DNA of 64,000 bases from Gnetum montanum (lineage: Eukaryota > Plantae > Gnetophyta), in the NCBI GenBank assembly GCA_015680685.1, contig MNCI01000808.1:767229-831228 (forward strand). Direction: 5' to 3'. The notes under the pieces were generated by a model that did no database searches, had not been told where the DNA came from, and was given only the letters and a program-made list of their open reading frames with translations. Made by a program: the position numbers and the translations under genes. How positions within the stretch are numbered: position 1 is the first letter of the stretch; each line of letters begins with the position of its first letter. Below, piece by piece: positions 53,680 to 64,000 of this stretch.

Positions 53680-53733
53680 CTCCCCCCCTACCGCTGCCCC
53701 CCCGTTTTCTGTTAGTTTTGTCTTGTCTATTTT

Positions 53734-53845
53734 TTGGGGTTGCGCCCCCCCTTCTGTTGGGGATGCACCCCCCCTCTCTATTGGGGGTGTGACCCCCCCT
53801 TCTCCCCCCCTTCTTTTGTGGTTGGGGGTGCACCCCCCCCCCTTT
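53734..53845. repeat. Four tandem G-run/C-run stem-loops in the retroposon 3' UTR
   Basis: TTGGGGTTGCGCCCC, TTGGGGATGCACCCC, TTGGGGGTGTGACCCCC, TTGGGGGTGCACCCCC (the last is a perfect 14-bp palindrome). Confidence 0.85.
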
Positions 53846-54840
53846 TGGTTGGGGTTTTTGAGGTTTATGCAGTTTTGTGGTTCGGTGGCTCAGCTCAGAG
53901 TCCTTCGAGTTTGAATTTTTGTGGGTTTTCGGGACCCCTCGCCTTTTAGGGTGGGCCACCCCTGGTCCCCCCCCCCCTTTTTGTAATTATATACTCATGT
54001 ACCATACTTTCAGTAATACAAACCCGAACATTCTCTCAAAAAAAAAATCTTTGGTATTCTGAGATGACTTAAATAGCTTCATTATTTTAAAGTGTATTTC
54101 CTTAGTATTTGATTCTTGAAATTGTCAAATTTTTGAAGGCTCTATTGAATGCAATCTTTGACAATTATTAACTATCCAAAAATAGAGACTCGTACTTTGT
54201 CATTTACATAGAATTTTTGGTAGTATAATAACATTGTTTTTATAAAATTGCTTGTTGAGCTTAGAGGGTTTGAACAATTCGTAGTTAGATCAAAGTACAA
54301 TAGCTTTATTATAAAGTGTTTTATTATGTTATTTTATGTTACTTTAATATTTTTGAGCACACACAAATTTTCTTTCTTTTCTTTTGTCTTTCTAAGTCTA
54401 TTGAATCTCACTCTATTTCTAGTTTTGTTTTGGAAATTTCTCTTCAAGGGAAATTAGAATTAGATTAATAGAATTATGCTCAAACATTTATGCAAAATTT
54501 TATTTGTTACAAGTAAGGTACTATAAGAGATATATAGACTAACTGATTGGACAAAATAGGATTCTTCAAAAACTCATATTATTTGAAAAAGAAAGTTAAA
54601 TTTCTTTTATGATAGCCAATTATAGTTTCATGTACAACCCAACCATTTCAATATTCAAAACAACAAACACATACTCACATAACCACTATGTCCATTTGGA
54701 GGTATCTAGGACTTGGTGTTGCCAGAGACTAGCATGCACCTAAACCTTGTTTGAAGAACACCTTAAATCCCACAACTTCCAAGGTCATGAGACTAGAGGC
54801 CACCCAACATTGGTGGTCCCAAAAGGTCATTGACACCAAG

Positions 54841-57800
54841 TAGTATTATGATAGTTTTATAATACCTTCATCATGGTAAATATCCTACTGCACAACTGAT
54901 GCTTCATCTTGTCCATGATCCTAATGGAATACTCCACATAGGAGGCATTAGCTTGAAGCTTGACCTAAGTTCAATCAACAACATGATGATAATAAAGAAC
55001 ATACTTCGATAGCATGAAGACATGAAACACATCATGCATGCTCAAAAGTTGTGAAGGCAAACTGACACAATACAAAACCTCTCTTATGAGCTAAAGAACA
55101 TTGAATGGCCTAATGTAATAAGGTGAAATCTTTTCTATTGGACAGAAATGTATCAAGCCTTTTAGTGAAGAGAAACAGACAAATACCTTATCACCCTTTG
55201 CAAACTCAAGAGGCCTCCTCCTATGGTTCCAATAGCTTGCTTGATGATCCTAAGCTACTTTAAGTTACTCATGAATCTTCCTTAACTGCTATGTCATCCT
55301 CATCACAACATATAAATTGATATGATGCCTATCCTTAATTACATCCCAACACAAGTGATTTTTGCAAGGTTTCTCATATAAAACTTCAGAGGATGTTATC
55401 TTCAAACCAGCTTGATAGCTATTTTCGTAAGAAACTTCTACCAATGGCAATAGATTATCCTAGATATCTAAAAACTACAAGGCACAAGATCAAAGAATGT
55501 CCTCCAAATCTTGGTTGACTCTCTTAAGTTAACCATAAATCTATAAATAATAAGCTAAACTTAAATTTAGCCTAGTACCTTAGCTATTCATCAATGTACA
55601 CCAAAATAGAGAAGACATTAGGCTATAGAAATACTATGTAATCATAAAATTTTAGAAATAACCAACTACACAATATCCTCCATGGTTGTTGAAGTCTTCA
55701 TAGCTAGGAAATGTACTAACTTAATCAATAAGTTCACAATGATAAGAATATCATTCTTTCCACTACTAGTGTGAGGTAAAGTAGTAATGAAATCCATATT
55801 CATCATCTTTCACTTCTCCTTTAGAATAGTATGATGGTATGAGTAGCTACTTGGTCATTAGTGTTCAAGATTAACCTACTAATAAATCAAACATTTAGCC
55901 ACAAATTCTTCAATCTACTTCCTCATGTTAGCTACTAGTACAACCTCTTTAGCATCTAGTATATCTTACTATTACCTACATGCATTTGAAGCCTATTGAG
56001 ATGAGCTTCATCCAAAAAACATTAGTATGATAAATAAAACACATACACATGATTCTTATGATGAAGCAATCCAAGTGTATCAACTACTATAAGAATCACT
56101 GAAATGCTTAAAGTTCTCATACCAAGGATCATGTTATTACTTCACACAAAATGTGTCTAACATTCTCTCCTTCAATATCATGGAAAGCATAAAATATACA
56201 ATATATTAGACATTATGCATATGAAAAAATATACCAAATGTGAAATATATGTGATATTCAACATTGGGTATAAAGGAAATAATAGGAAAATTGTAAAAAG
56301 AGAAAGAAAAGAATGCGTTATTAATATGGAATAGCATATCTATATCATGCTTCAAGAGTACTCATTGAGGTTTTCTTCCTTTGGCATCTATCCCTTAGAG
56401 GTGATTTAGCACTACCACCATGGTTAGGCCTATAACTCAGAAAAAAGTCATGGCTAGTCCACTTTCTATCCCACTTCACCCAACTTCCTGTGACTTTCTT
56501 GTACCAGCTTCGCTAATTCCTACTAGCACAACTTCTAACCTTGGGTATAAATTCCTTAGGTCAAACCCCCAAAGGTTATCTTAAAAGACACATCCATTAT
56601 TACAAGATGCCCTTTTGGGTCTTAATCATAGCTATGCTTTTAGGTCTTGTTAAGATAATAATAACACTTGTTATGAAGAGACATCATCTTCATTAGGTAG
56701 CAACATCATGTGGAAATGGGGATGTGACATATTACCTATGATATTTGACTAGACCACCAAATTATCAATCTTAATAACCACACAACTCAAGGCATCTATA
56801 ACAACATTACTCTTACATATTTGATACTAGATGGTAAAATCAAAATTAGCCAACAACTCAATGTACCTCCTCTAACATAGGTTTAACTAAACCTAATTTA
56901 TCAAATACTATAATCCCTTATGATCTATCCAAATCATTAATTTCTCTTCAAACAAGTAGTAATGTCAAACATTCAAGGTAAATACCACTAATCCCAACTC
57001 AAGGTCATGTATGAGGTAGTAGATATTATGAGGCATAAGCTATTGTGAGGTATACTACTTTCATCTCTTGCATAAGGACACACCCATAGCCTTCTCTTAA
57101 TACATTGGTAAAAATGTCAAATTATTTACATGAGGTAGGTGAAATCAAAACAAGAGTCAAGATTAGTACGCCCTTGAGTTCATCAAAGGTAACTTAATAA
57201 CATGGATCCCATAAGAAACCAACCTCCTACAAAAACAACTTTATGAGAGGCAAAGTGATGCAAAATAACTTCTTGACAAATCTCCTGTAATAACCTACTA
57301 GCCTAAGAAAACTAGAAACCTCACAAACGTCCTTGAAAAAAATGATAATAACAAATAACTAATATCTTAGAGGGATCCACAACTACACTAGTCTTCAAGA
57401 AAAATGGCCTAAGAATTCAATCTCATGATGCTAAGAGGAACACTTAGAAGGTTGAACAAATAATTGATGTTTTCTAAGCATCTACAAAATGATTCTTAGG
57501 TGTTGCTCATGAAACTCCTTGGATGAAGAGTACATCAAAATTTCATCAATGTACATGATAACAAACTAATCTATGTATGATCTCATGATACTATTTATGA
57601 GATGCATAAATATTATAGAAGCATTAGTGAGTCTAAATGGAAAAACCAAGAATACATAATATCCATACTGTATTTTGAATGGTTTCCTAGGAACATCCTT
57701 CTTCTTGATGCAAACCTAGTAGTAGTCTAACTTAAGATCAATCATAGAGAACATTAAATCATCTAGGTGTAGGAAAGAATACTTGTTCTTTACCATCACC

Positions 57801-58635
57801 TAGTTTAGCTACCAATAATCAATGCATAATTCCATACTACCATACTTCTTCTTTACAAAGATGAAAGGATCACCTCTGGAAGATATACTTGGACAAATCA
57901 AATCCTTGTTAAAAAAATCCTAAAGTTGAATCTTTAATTTTGCTAGCTCAATAGGGAACATCCTATGTAAAATCTTAGAGATAGGTTCTACACAAAGTTT
58001 AAGAGAAATAGCAAAATTGACATCATGTATTAGTGGTACACCAAGTAACTCAGTATGAAAAACATCAAGAAACTCATGAATACTAGGAATCTAATAAATC
58101 CCTAGTGATAAAGAAAATTTAGAGGAATAAAATAGTGAGAAAGGAATGATCCTTGCTCAATAAATGATGAAACGATCTTAAAGACATAAGATCCAACTTG
58201 ACCTTGCATGATTGATTATGCACCATCATCCAAACACCATCATGTCTCACCAAGGAAAGTACCTTATGATAATAATCCAAGTAGCCTTGATAGCAAGATA
58301 ACCAATCCATACCCAAGATAACATCAGAGTTTGTTAGGTTCATGATGTGAAGATCACTAAACCAATTGGCATTCTAAATTACTAAGGTTATAGACCTACA
58401 AACATGATCAATAGTAAGCATACAACCATTAACATAGCTAAGGACAAGCCATTGATGAAGAAACCAACCCTCTAAAACAAGGCATCCAACTACAAATAGA
58501 TTAATGAAAGAATGGCTTGTACTAGGATCAATAAGAATTCAAACTACTAAATCAATAATCATACCTCCAATCTCCATTGCAGTGTTAGGTTGAGCATTGA
58601 GTTATTGATTTGTCAAGGCATATACAACCACATGC
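54841..58635 (-). pseudogene. pol: pol remnant of element E (PR ~58300-58560, RT ~57200-57960, RH ~56750-57100, INT ~55050-56050, chromodomain ~54841-54960)
   Basis: LIDPSTSHSFI, DVILGMDWLS, FPFRLTNA, YIDEILMYS, MDFITTLP, HDVFHV.ML.KY...SYVEYSIRIMD...KVL*..H (Tekay-type chromodomain). Confidence 0.9.
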
Positions 58636-60014
58636 TGTAGTGATCGAAAACATCTGTGGCTGGAACATCAAGAGGTTTTCGGGCAAATAGTTTAACCCTG
58701 GATTTGTGCGAGGTCCATGTTGGAGAGAAACGGAAGCAGGGCACCCTAAATGGGTTGATCAGATAGGGACTTAATCGGTGTATCTTAACCTTATGTAAAT
58801 TCTCGTTTCAGAAGAGAGACATGTGAGATAGATTGATGATCAATAAATGTAGGATGGTGAAAATAGTGCAAAACAACAATTATAATAAGGAAATAGAAAA
58901 AAAAACTTGGGTGAGAAAGTGCACCACCCCAAGGTCACATATTTGATTCTTTTCTTTGCTTGAAAGGTGTACAATAGGTTATGCAATGCCGGAGAGACAT
59001 AGTGAATTCAAAGGTAACTAGAATGCTCAAGAAAATTTCAACTATGCCTTCTGAAAGCCAACTTAAAAGCCAACTGCACCAAAACGGCAACTCTATTTGC
59101 CAAGAAGCCAATCAAGAAGCCAACCAGCCAAGTACTCTTGCCAATGCAAAAAAAAAAGGCCAACCCTTTGAGCATTGTTAGCTGGGGTATTTATAGGGCC
59201 AGGAGCAAGAGAGAAACGTGGTCTGGATGCCACATGTCCTGGACCCACAAACTGCTAACATGTCTATATCATGTAGGTTTGCAATGCTGGATGTGAACTT
59301 TGTTATGTTGTGACCATACCATTGGAATTGCATGTGTTGAGATCCAGTGTTCTAACAACGCAAGAAAAATGGAGCTTATGCTCTAGGACTACGTTTTCCT
59401 TGCCTTTAAAAGTAGGTTCAAACGTAGGAACAATATTTTGGGAGCTAACCAAGGGTATGAAAAATGAAGTAAAATTGTTGATTTTGCCGAGGAGATGCCA
59501 AAGTGAGGAAGATTGTTGTCACCAAGTCCTAGAGTCACCCGAATATGTCTTGATGCTTCCATGCCAATGTTGCATCACTCACATTGTTGAACACATTGGT
59601 GTAGCATAAGTAGCTACTTGCTACGCTACGCTATGCTACATAGAGTAGCATAGTGTAACCACTGGTCTTAACTGAAATTTGCATAGGAGCTGAAGAACAT
59701 TTGTTTGCAACTTTCATCGTTCATGCTAGATAGCTTTTGAACTTTTTGAACTCATGTTTGAAATTTTTTTTTTGTTTTTACATCGTTGCTACATTGTGCT
59801 ACGCTATGTAGCATAGCATAGCGTAGTAGCTAGCGTATCTTTCTTCTTTGTTCAATCTGTCATTTTCTAGCAAGAAACTTTGCTTGAGGCCTGGGGACTA
59901 AGTATGATGGGAAGTTTTGAAGGTGGAAGTCTTATCAAAGTTCTGTTTTCTTATTGGAATCACTTGGCAAGACTCTGCTAAAGCATGAGAGTCCTAAAAT
60001 TTTATGGTGTTTCA
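58636..60014 (-). repeat. 3' LTR of element F
   Basis: TG..CA ends, adjacent PPT, and minus-strand TATA CCTATAAATACCCC at ~59184-59197. Confidence 0.75.
59600..59840. repeat. GCTAC/GTAGC-based inverted repeat (~45-bp arms, ~120-bp spacer) in LTR F
   Basis: gctacgctacgctatgctacatagagtagcatagtgtaac is approximately the reverse complement of gctacattgtgctacgctatgtagcatagcatagcgtagtagc. Confidence 0.75.
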
Positions 60015-61316
60015 CTGGCCCCTTTTTGTCAACGTCTAGAAGATCCTCCTGATAGATGTTGATAAAGAATACAAACCACCATGAAGGATAAGTCACCAAC
60101 ATCACTCTCTAGTGGTTTCTCAAACGTTGCTTTGTTGTGCCTAGGAGTAATAGGATAGTTGTGCAGGGAAAAGGGGAAAGGGTGGACTTAAGGGGACAGG
60201 TTTAGGAATAGGAAAGATGAAATGTAGCACGGTCACTCATTGGAGTACTTATGAGGGAGTCAGTGCACGTGGAAATCTTTCTTTTGTTGGCTTCTAACCT
60301 CTCATCAGAATGTTTAGAGAGGGTTAGTGTGAAATAGCTAGTGTGCCATTTTCTTAGGCACATGTTCTCTTTCTTTTTCGTCTTCTTTTCTTTTTGAGCT
60401 ATCTTTTTTTAGCTTCATTATGCTTTTGCACTTTTCTTTTGTTGTTTTTTCATTTTCATTTGTAAACAACCTTGTTGTCGCAAGATATGTGTTTCCTCCC
60501 CGGGATGAGTTGCATTACATCCATATGGGGCTTTGAACTACCTAAAAATGCTTCCCATGCGATGAGTTGCATTACGTGTGTCATGGACTTTGTGGTTGAG
60601 CATATGGGAGGGCTTTACATGTGTCAAGAAAGCTTGTAAAAGATATGTGAAAAGGGAAACTATGGGTGTGAGAAACAATATTATGAAGGTTAATAGGAAG
60701 GGAAGGATGTGCACTTCTAAGTAGCCAAGCTAGTCAGAGTGGTCACCTCAGAATGATGTGGTGTCCTATCCTCCTGGTGAAATGCATCTCTAACTGATGC
60801 CATCTTGGCTATGTGACGTCTAAAGCAGGAAGGCCAGTAGTGGTTCTAGTAGCAGATGTTGAAGGGGCTAACAACAAGGGGGCTAGGACTTGTGACGATG
60901 AGAGTGCTTAAAAGTCCCCACCTAAGGCAAAAATCATGCAGTTTAACTGTAAGCAGAGAAGCTTAACAAATAAATGTCTATTGAGCTTAGTGGATGGTGG
61001 GGGTTGGAGGGTAGCAACTTTATGGTTGGGCCACAATAGTGCTAGGACTCTAGCAGTAGGTGCTAATAATGGAAGCTACTACCAGGGCAACGAGCTATGG
61101 TAGTGGTAGCTCCATAAGGTTAGCAAGATGTTAGATGACATCTCCGAAGGATCAGCAAGATGCTAGGGGTAGTGGCATCGCATATGTTCCAGAGGATGTT
61201 CTTTTGTTAGCGTGAACTGTGTTCTAGAACTGCAATGGCCCACCCCGTGTCGGCACTGTGCAGGCTTTCTTGTTTGAGTGGTGGTGGATGTGAGTTGGGA
61301 ACATTATGCTGCGAAC

Positions 61317-61680
61317 CTAGTTTAAGGTCCTGGTAGACCATCTAATGTACTAGTTTAAGGTCTCAGACGATCACAATGTGCTAGTTTAAGGTCCTAGCAG
61401 ACCGCTATGCTAGTTGAAGGTCCCAACAAATCGCTATGCTAGTTTATCATCATAGCGAATGGTGGATGGGCCAATTTAAGGTTTTAGTAGGCTATTTATG
61501 CCAATTTAATGTCATATCGGACGTTCTATGCTAGTTTATAGTCATGGAAGACTATCAGTGCTAGTTTATAGTCATGGCGGACTATTTGTGCTAGTTTATA
61601 GTCATAGCGGACTATCTGTGCCAGTTTATAGTTGTAGCGGATTGTTTGTGCCAGTTTATAGTCGTAGTGGACTATGGATG
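61317..61680. repeat. Tandem array of 12 x ~30-bp units in the 3' UTR of element F
   Basis: Consensus CTAGTTTATAGTCATGGCGGACTATTTGTG; left units have AAGGTC and right units ATAGTC. Confidence 0.92.
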
Positions 61681-64000
61681 CTTACCTTGCTTCTACATTA
61701 GATGTAGTATGGCTTCAACTCTAAGTGGTTCACAAGATTTGCAAACTCTCTGCCATCCATGTCTACCAGTTTCAAGGCTTCATTCTCATAGGATTTTGTG
61801 ACTATGAATGAACCTTCCTAGTTTGTTGAAAACTTGTCTACATGTTCATGGATAGCTTTGAGAACTAGGTCACCCATTTTGATCAGTAGTTGATGTAGGT
61901 TTGCATGATGCTTTTGCCGTTGTTTGTCCTGATACCATTCGATACAACCCAGCATCTATGCACGCTCTTCCCATAGGGAGTTAAGGTCGATGATCCTTGA
62001 CTTGTTGTTCTGGGCTTCATTCATGATGCTTGAAAGGATCATCTACAGTGATGGTACCTACAATTTAAGAGGTGACATTGCCTTAGATCTATAAACTAGG
62101 CTATAGGGAGTCTTACCTGTAGCCATCCTGCATGTGATACAATAGGCCCACAACACATAGAGGATTTGCTCATGCCATCACCTCTTTCTATTGCTAAGCA
62201 TTCTTTTAAGCAAGTTGATGATGGCCCTGTTTGTTGCTTCTACTCAACTATTTTCCTGTGGGTAGTATGGCGATGAGAAAGATTGCTTAATGCCAAGGTT
62301 GCTACAAAAGGTTCTGGTTTCCACACTACTAAACTATGGCCCATTTTCTGTCATAATAGTCATGGGAAGATCAAACCTTATTATGATGTTGTCTATGATG
62401 AAGTGGAAAACCTGTTGAGATGTAATTTTCCTAAGGAGGATAGCCTCTACCCACTTCATGATGTACTCAGTGGCAGTGATGATGAAGCTATGACCTATGG
62501 AAGACTTAGGAATTATGGGTCCTATGATATCTAGTTCCCATCACTGGAATGGCCACGTGATCTTCGTAGGATGCAACTTAGTAGGTGACACGTGTATAAG
62601 GTTTGGGTGGCATTGGCATGTGTCACACATTTTGACTTTAGCAAAGCAATCTCATTCTATGCAAGGCCAGTAATACCCTAGGCATTTGATCTTAGCTAGC
62701 ATGATCCTAGGAGCTATGTGTCCTCCACATAGTCCTTCATAGACTTTGCTAACAATTTTTTGTGTCTCCTCCCCACCAATGCAAGTTAATAGTATTCCAT
62801 CGAAGGAGCGCTTACATAACATATTATCTCCTACGAGGACAAACTACCGTGCTCGCTTTCGGATTGCATCCCTTTGGGTGGATGTCAAGTCGTGTGGGGG
62901 TTCACCATGTGCAGGTAGGCTTTCACATTAGCATATCACTCTTGGATGTTGGTAGGGCTTACGGAGGCCACGTGTACTACTTAGGTGATAGGGTTTGTGC
63001 ATTCTGTTATTGAAGCAGGTAAAGTTGCAAATAGGTGTGGTGGCATGTTTAACACTAGCATAGCTAAGGCATTGGCTACGGTGTTTTCACTGCGTGGCAC
63101 ATGCTAGATGTTTGTCATGATGAACTATTTCAACAAGTTTTTGTCCAAATCACAGTAAGGTTGTAAGTTCAAAGTTTTATAGGTGTAAACTTCAGAGATT
63201 TGATTGACAACAAGTTGAGAATCACCTCATATTGCCAAATGTTGAATCTTTAATTGTTGGGCTACTAAGAGGTCCCTAAGGAGTCCTTCATACTTAGCTA
63301 AATTGTTCATACAAAGGAACATGAAGTGGTAAGAAAAAGGTTGAATGTCCCCTGAGGGGAATTTAATGACGGTAACAAAACTACCACCTCACATGGTTGA
63401 GGCACTGTCGAAATGCAAAATGGCCTCGAAATGCAATGGCATAAGGTTAATACTACTAACATGTTCATTGGGGAATTTGGGTTCTATGGTTGCCTAATTA
63501 TCAATGAGTGATGTTGCAAGCTATGTAGCTATCTCTTATCCTTTCATTGACAATTGGGCTACATAGTGTAAATAGAATTTTGTTGTCATTGCTTTCCATC
63601 AGGCTATCCTGTTACTTTCATATAAGTTGTTCGTGATAGCCCGAAGTACGTTTCTTTTGCATATAATGTTCACTTGGCTACAGAACAGGTAGTGTCTCCA
63701 CTTATTTAGTACAAACACTAGGGAGATACAATTCCTTTTCACTTCATTGTATTTGGCTTCATATGAGATTAATGCATGGGTCAAGTAATAGACTAGGATT
63801 TTTAGAGTTGTCTTCTCTTTTTTGGCATAACAGTGCTGCAATAGATGTGTCTAAGATGGAAAGGTAGATGTAGAAAGGCTTATCCCTCTATGGTGGGTAA
63901 ATAGTTGAGAGGTGTAAAAGTTCTTTCTTTAAGTCATCGAACGCTTGTTAACATTGGGTTGTCCACTCGAAGTTAATCCCTTTCTTTAGTAAGTGTTGCA

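Larger units (their letters stand above)
52601..54043 (+). mobile_element. GC-rich poly(A)-tailed non-autonomous retroposon or retrocopy with a 16-bp TSD
   Basis: TSD AAAATCTTTGGTATTC at 52585-52600 and 54044-54059, single copy at the empty site in the 5' LTR (~42677-42692). A-tail from 54038. Abrupt GC- and CpG-rich composition; no RT. Confidence 0.95.
39007..54835 (+). mobile_element. Element D: full-length degenerate Tat-group Ty3/gypsy with PR-aRH-RT-RH-INT order
   Basis: LTRs 39007-43469 and 50408-54835 are colinear. Exact TSD CCAAG (39002-39006, 54836-54840). PBS TGGTATTAGAAGGAGG and PPT AAAAATGGGGGC (~50389-50400). Confidence 0.93.
50408..54835 (+). repeat. 3' LTR of element D (about 3 kb plus the retroposon insertion)
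   Basis: Colinear with the 5' LTR; ends TGACA followed by TSD CCAAG. Confidence 0.9.
32536..58635 (-). mobile_element. Element E: Tekay-like chromoviral Ty3/gypsy, fragmented by L1, element D and element F; 5' part lies beyond F
   Basis: 3' LTR 32536-38913 (plus strand TATAACACCC...GGATGTTACA), PPT ~38914-38926, pol 54841-58635. The chromodomain reading continues across element D's TSD. Confidence 0.82.
58636..64000 (-). mobile_element. Element F: 3' half of an Ogre/Retand-like Tat Ty3/gypsy (RH-aRH-INT order)
   Basis: LTR 58636-60014 (minus strand TGAAACACC...CACTACA), PPT ACAAAAAGGGGCCAG, tandem repeats in the 3' UTR. INT ~61700-62830, aRH ~63040-63430 (HFDSAS..FLCMNNLAKYEGLL..GDSQLVVNQI), RH 63599-63841. 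Confidence 0.88.

Noticed and set aside
52601-54043. Bacterial contamination or horizontal DNA transfer suggested by the GC jump
   Set aside because: An exact TSD, an A-tail and an empty site in the sister LTR show a genuine retroposition into this locus.
52550-54062. Other overlapping ORFs in the GC-rich insert (e.g. 53299-53628 and 53585-53959 on the minus strand)
   Set aside because: Expected shadow ORFs of GC-rich, low-complexity sequence, with no recognisable motifs.
60020-61300. Possible extra ORF(s) in the 3' region of element F
   Set aside because: Pro/Ala-rich traces on the minus strand are too interrupted to define a frame by eye.
61317-61680. CRISPR-like look of the 30-bp array
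   Set aside because: The units are contiguous homologous monomers with no unique spacers, no cas genes are present, and the array lies in a plant retrotransposon 3' UTR.

Overview
AT-rich plant heterochromatin with no intact host gene. The host is probably a non-flowering land plant, inferred from a PR-aRH-RT type Tat element. The window is a deeply nested stack of decayed retrotransposons. I could delimit: a young CpG-intact LTR end (1-325); a full-length Athila-like Ty3/gypsy element A (2928-16113, minus strand, TSD AGAGT) with a long extra 3' ORF; a Tekay-like chromovirus remnant C (17122-22890) whose RT is split by a solo LTR (21305-22422); a pol-less Athila-like derivative B (23516-~29685); a Copia remnant (30560-32535); and a large Tekay chromovirus E (32536-58635, minus strand). 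E hosts a 5'-truncated L1 LINE (~34958-37650), a full-length Tat element D (39007-54835, TSD CCAAG, inserted in E's chromodomain) and an Ogre/Retand-like element F (58636 to the window end). Each LTR of D carries a private insertion. The 5' LTR holds a 1.5-kb Helitron-like element with captured papain-protease (intron included) and germin-like gene fragments. The 3' LTR holds a young, GC-rich, poly(A)-tailed 1.44-kb retroposon with a 16-bp TSD whose ORF encodes a coiled coil followed by an HPD-motif J-domain (Hsp40/DnaJ-like). That J-domain retroposon is the most unusual item in the window. All calls were read by eye; domain boundaries are approximate.
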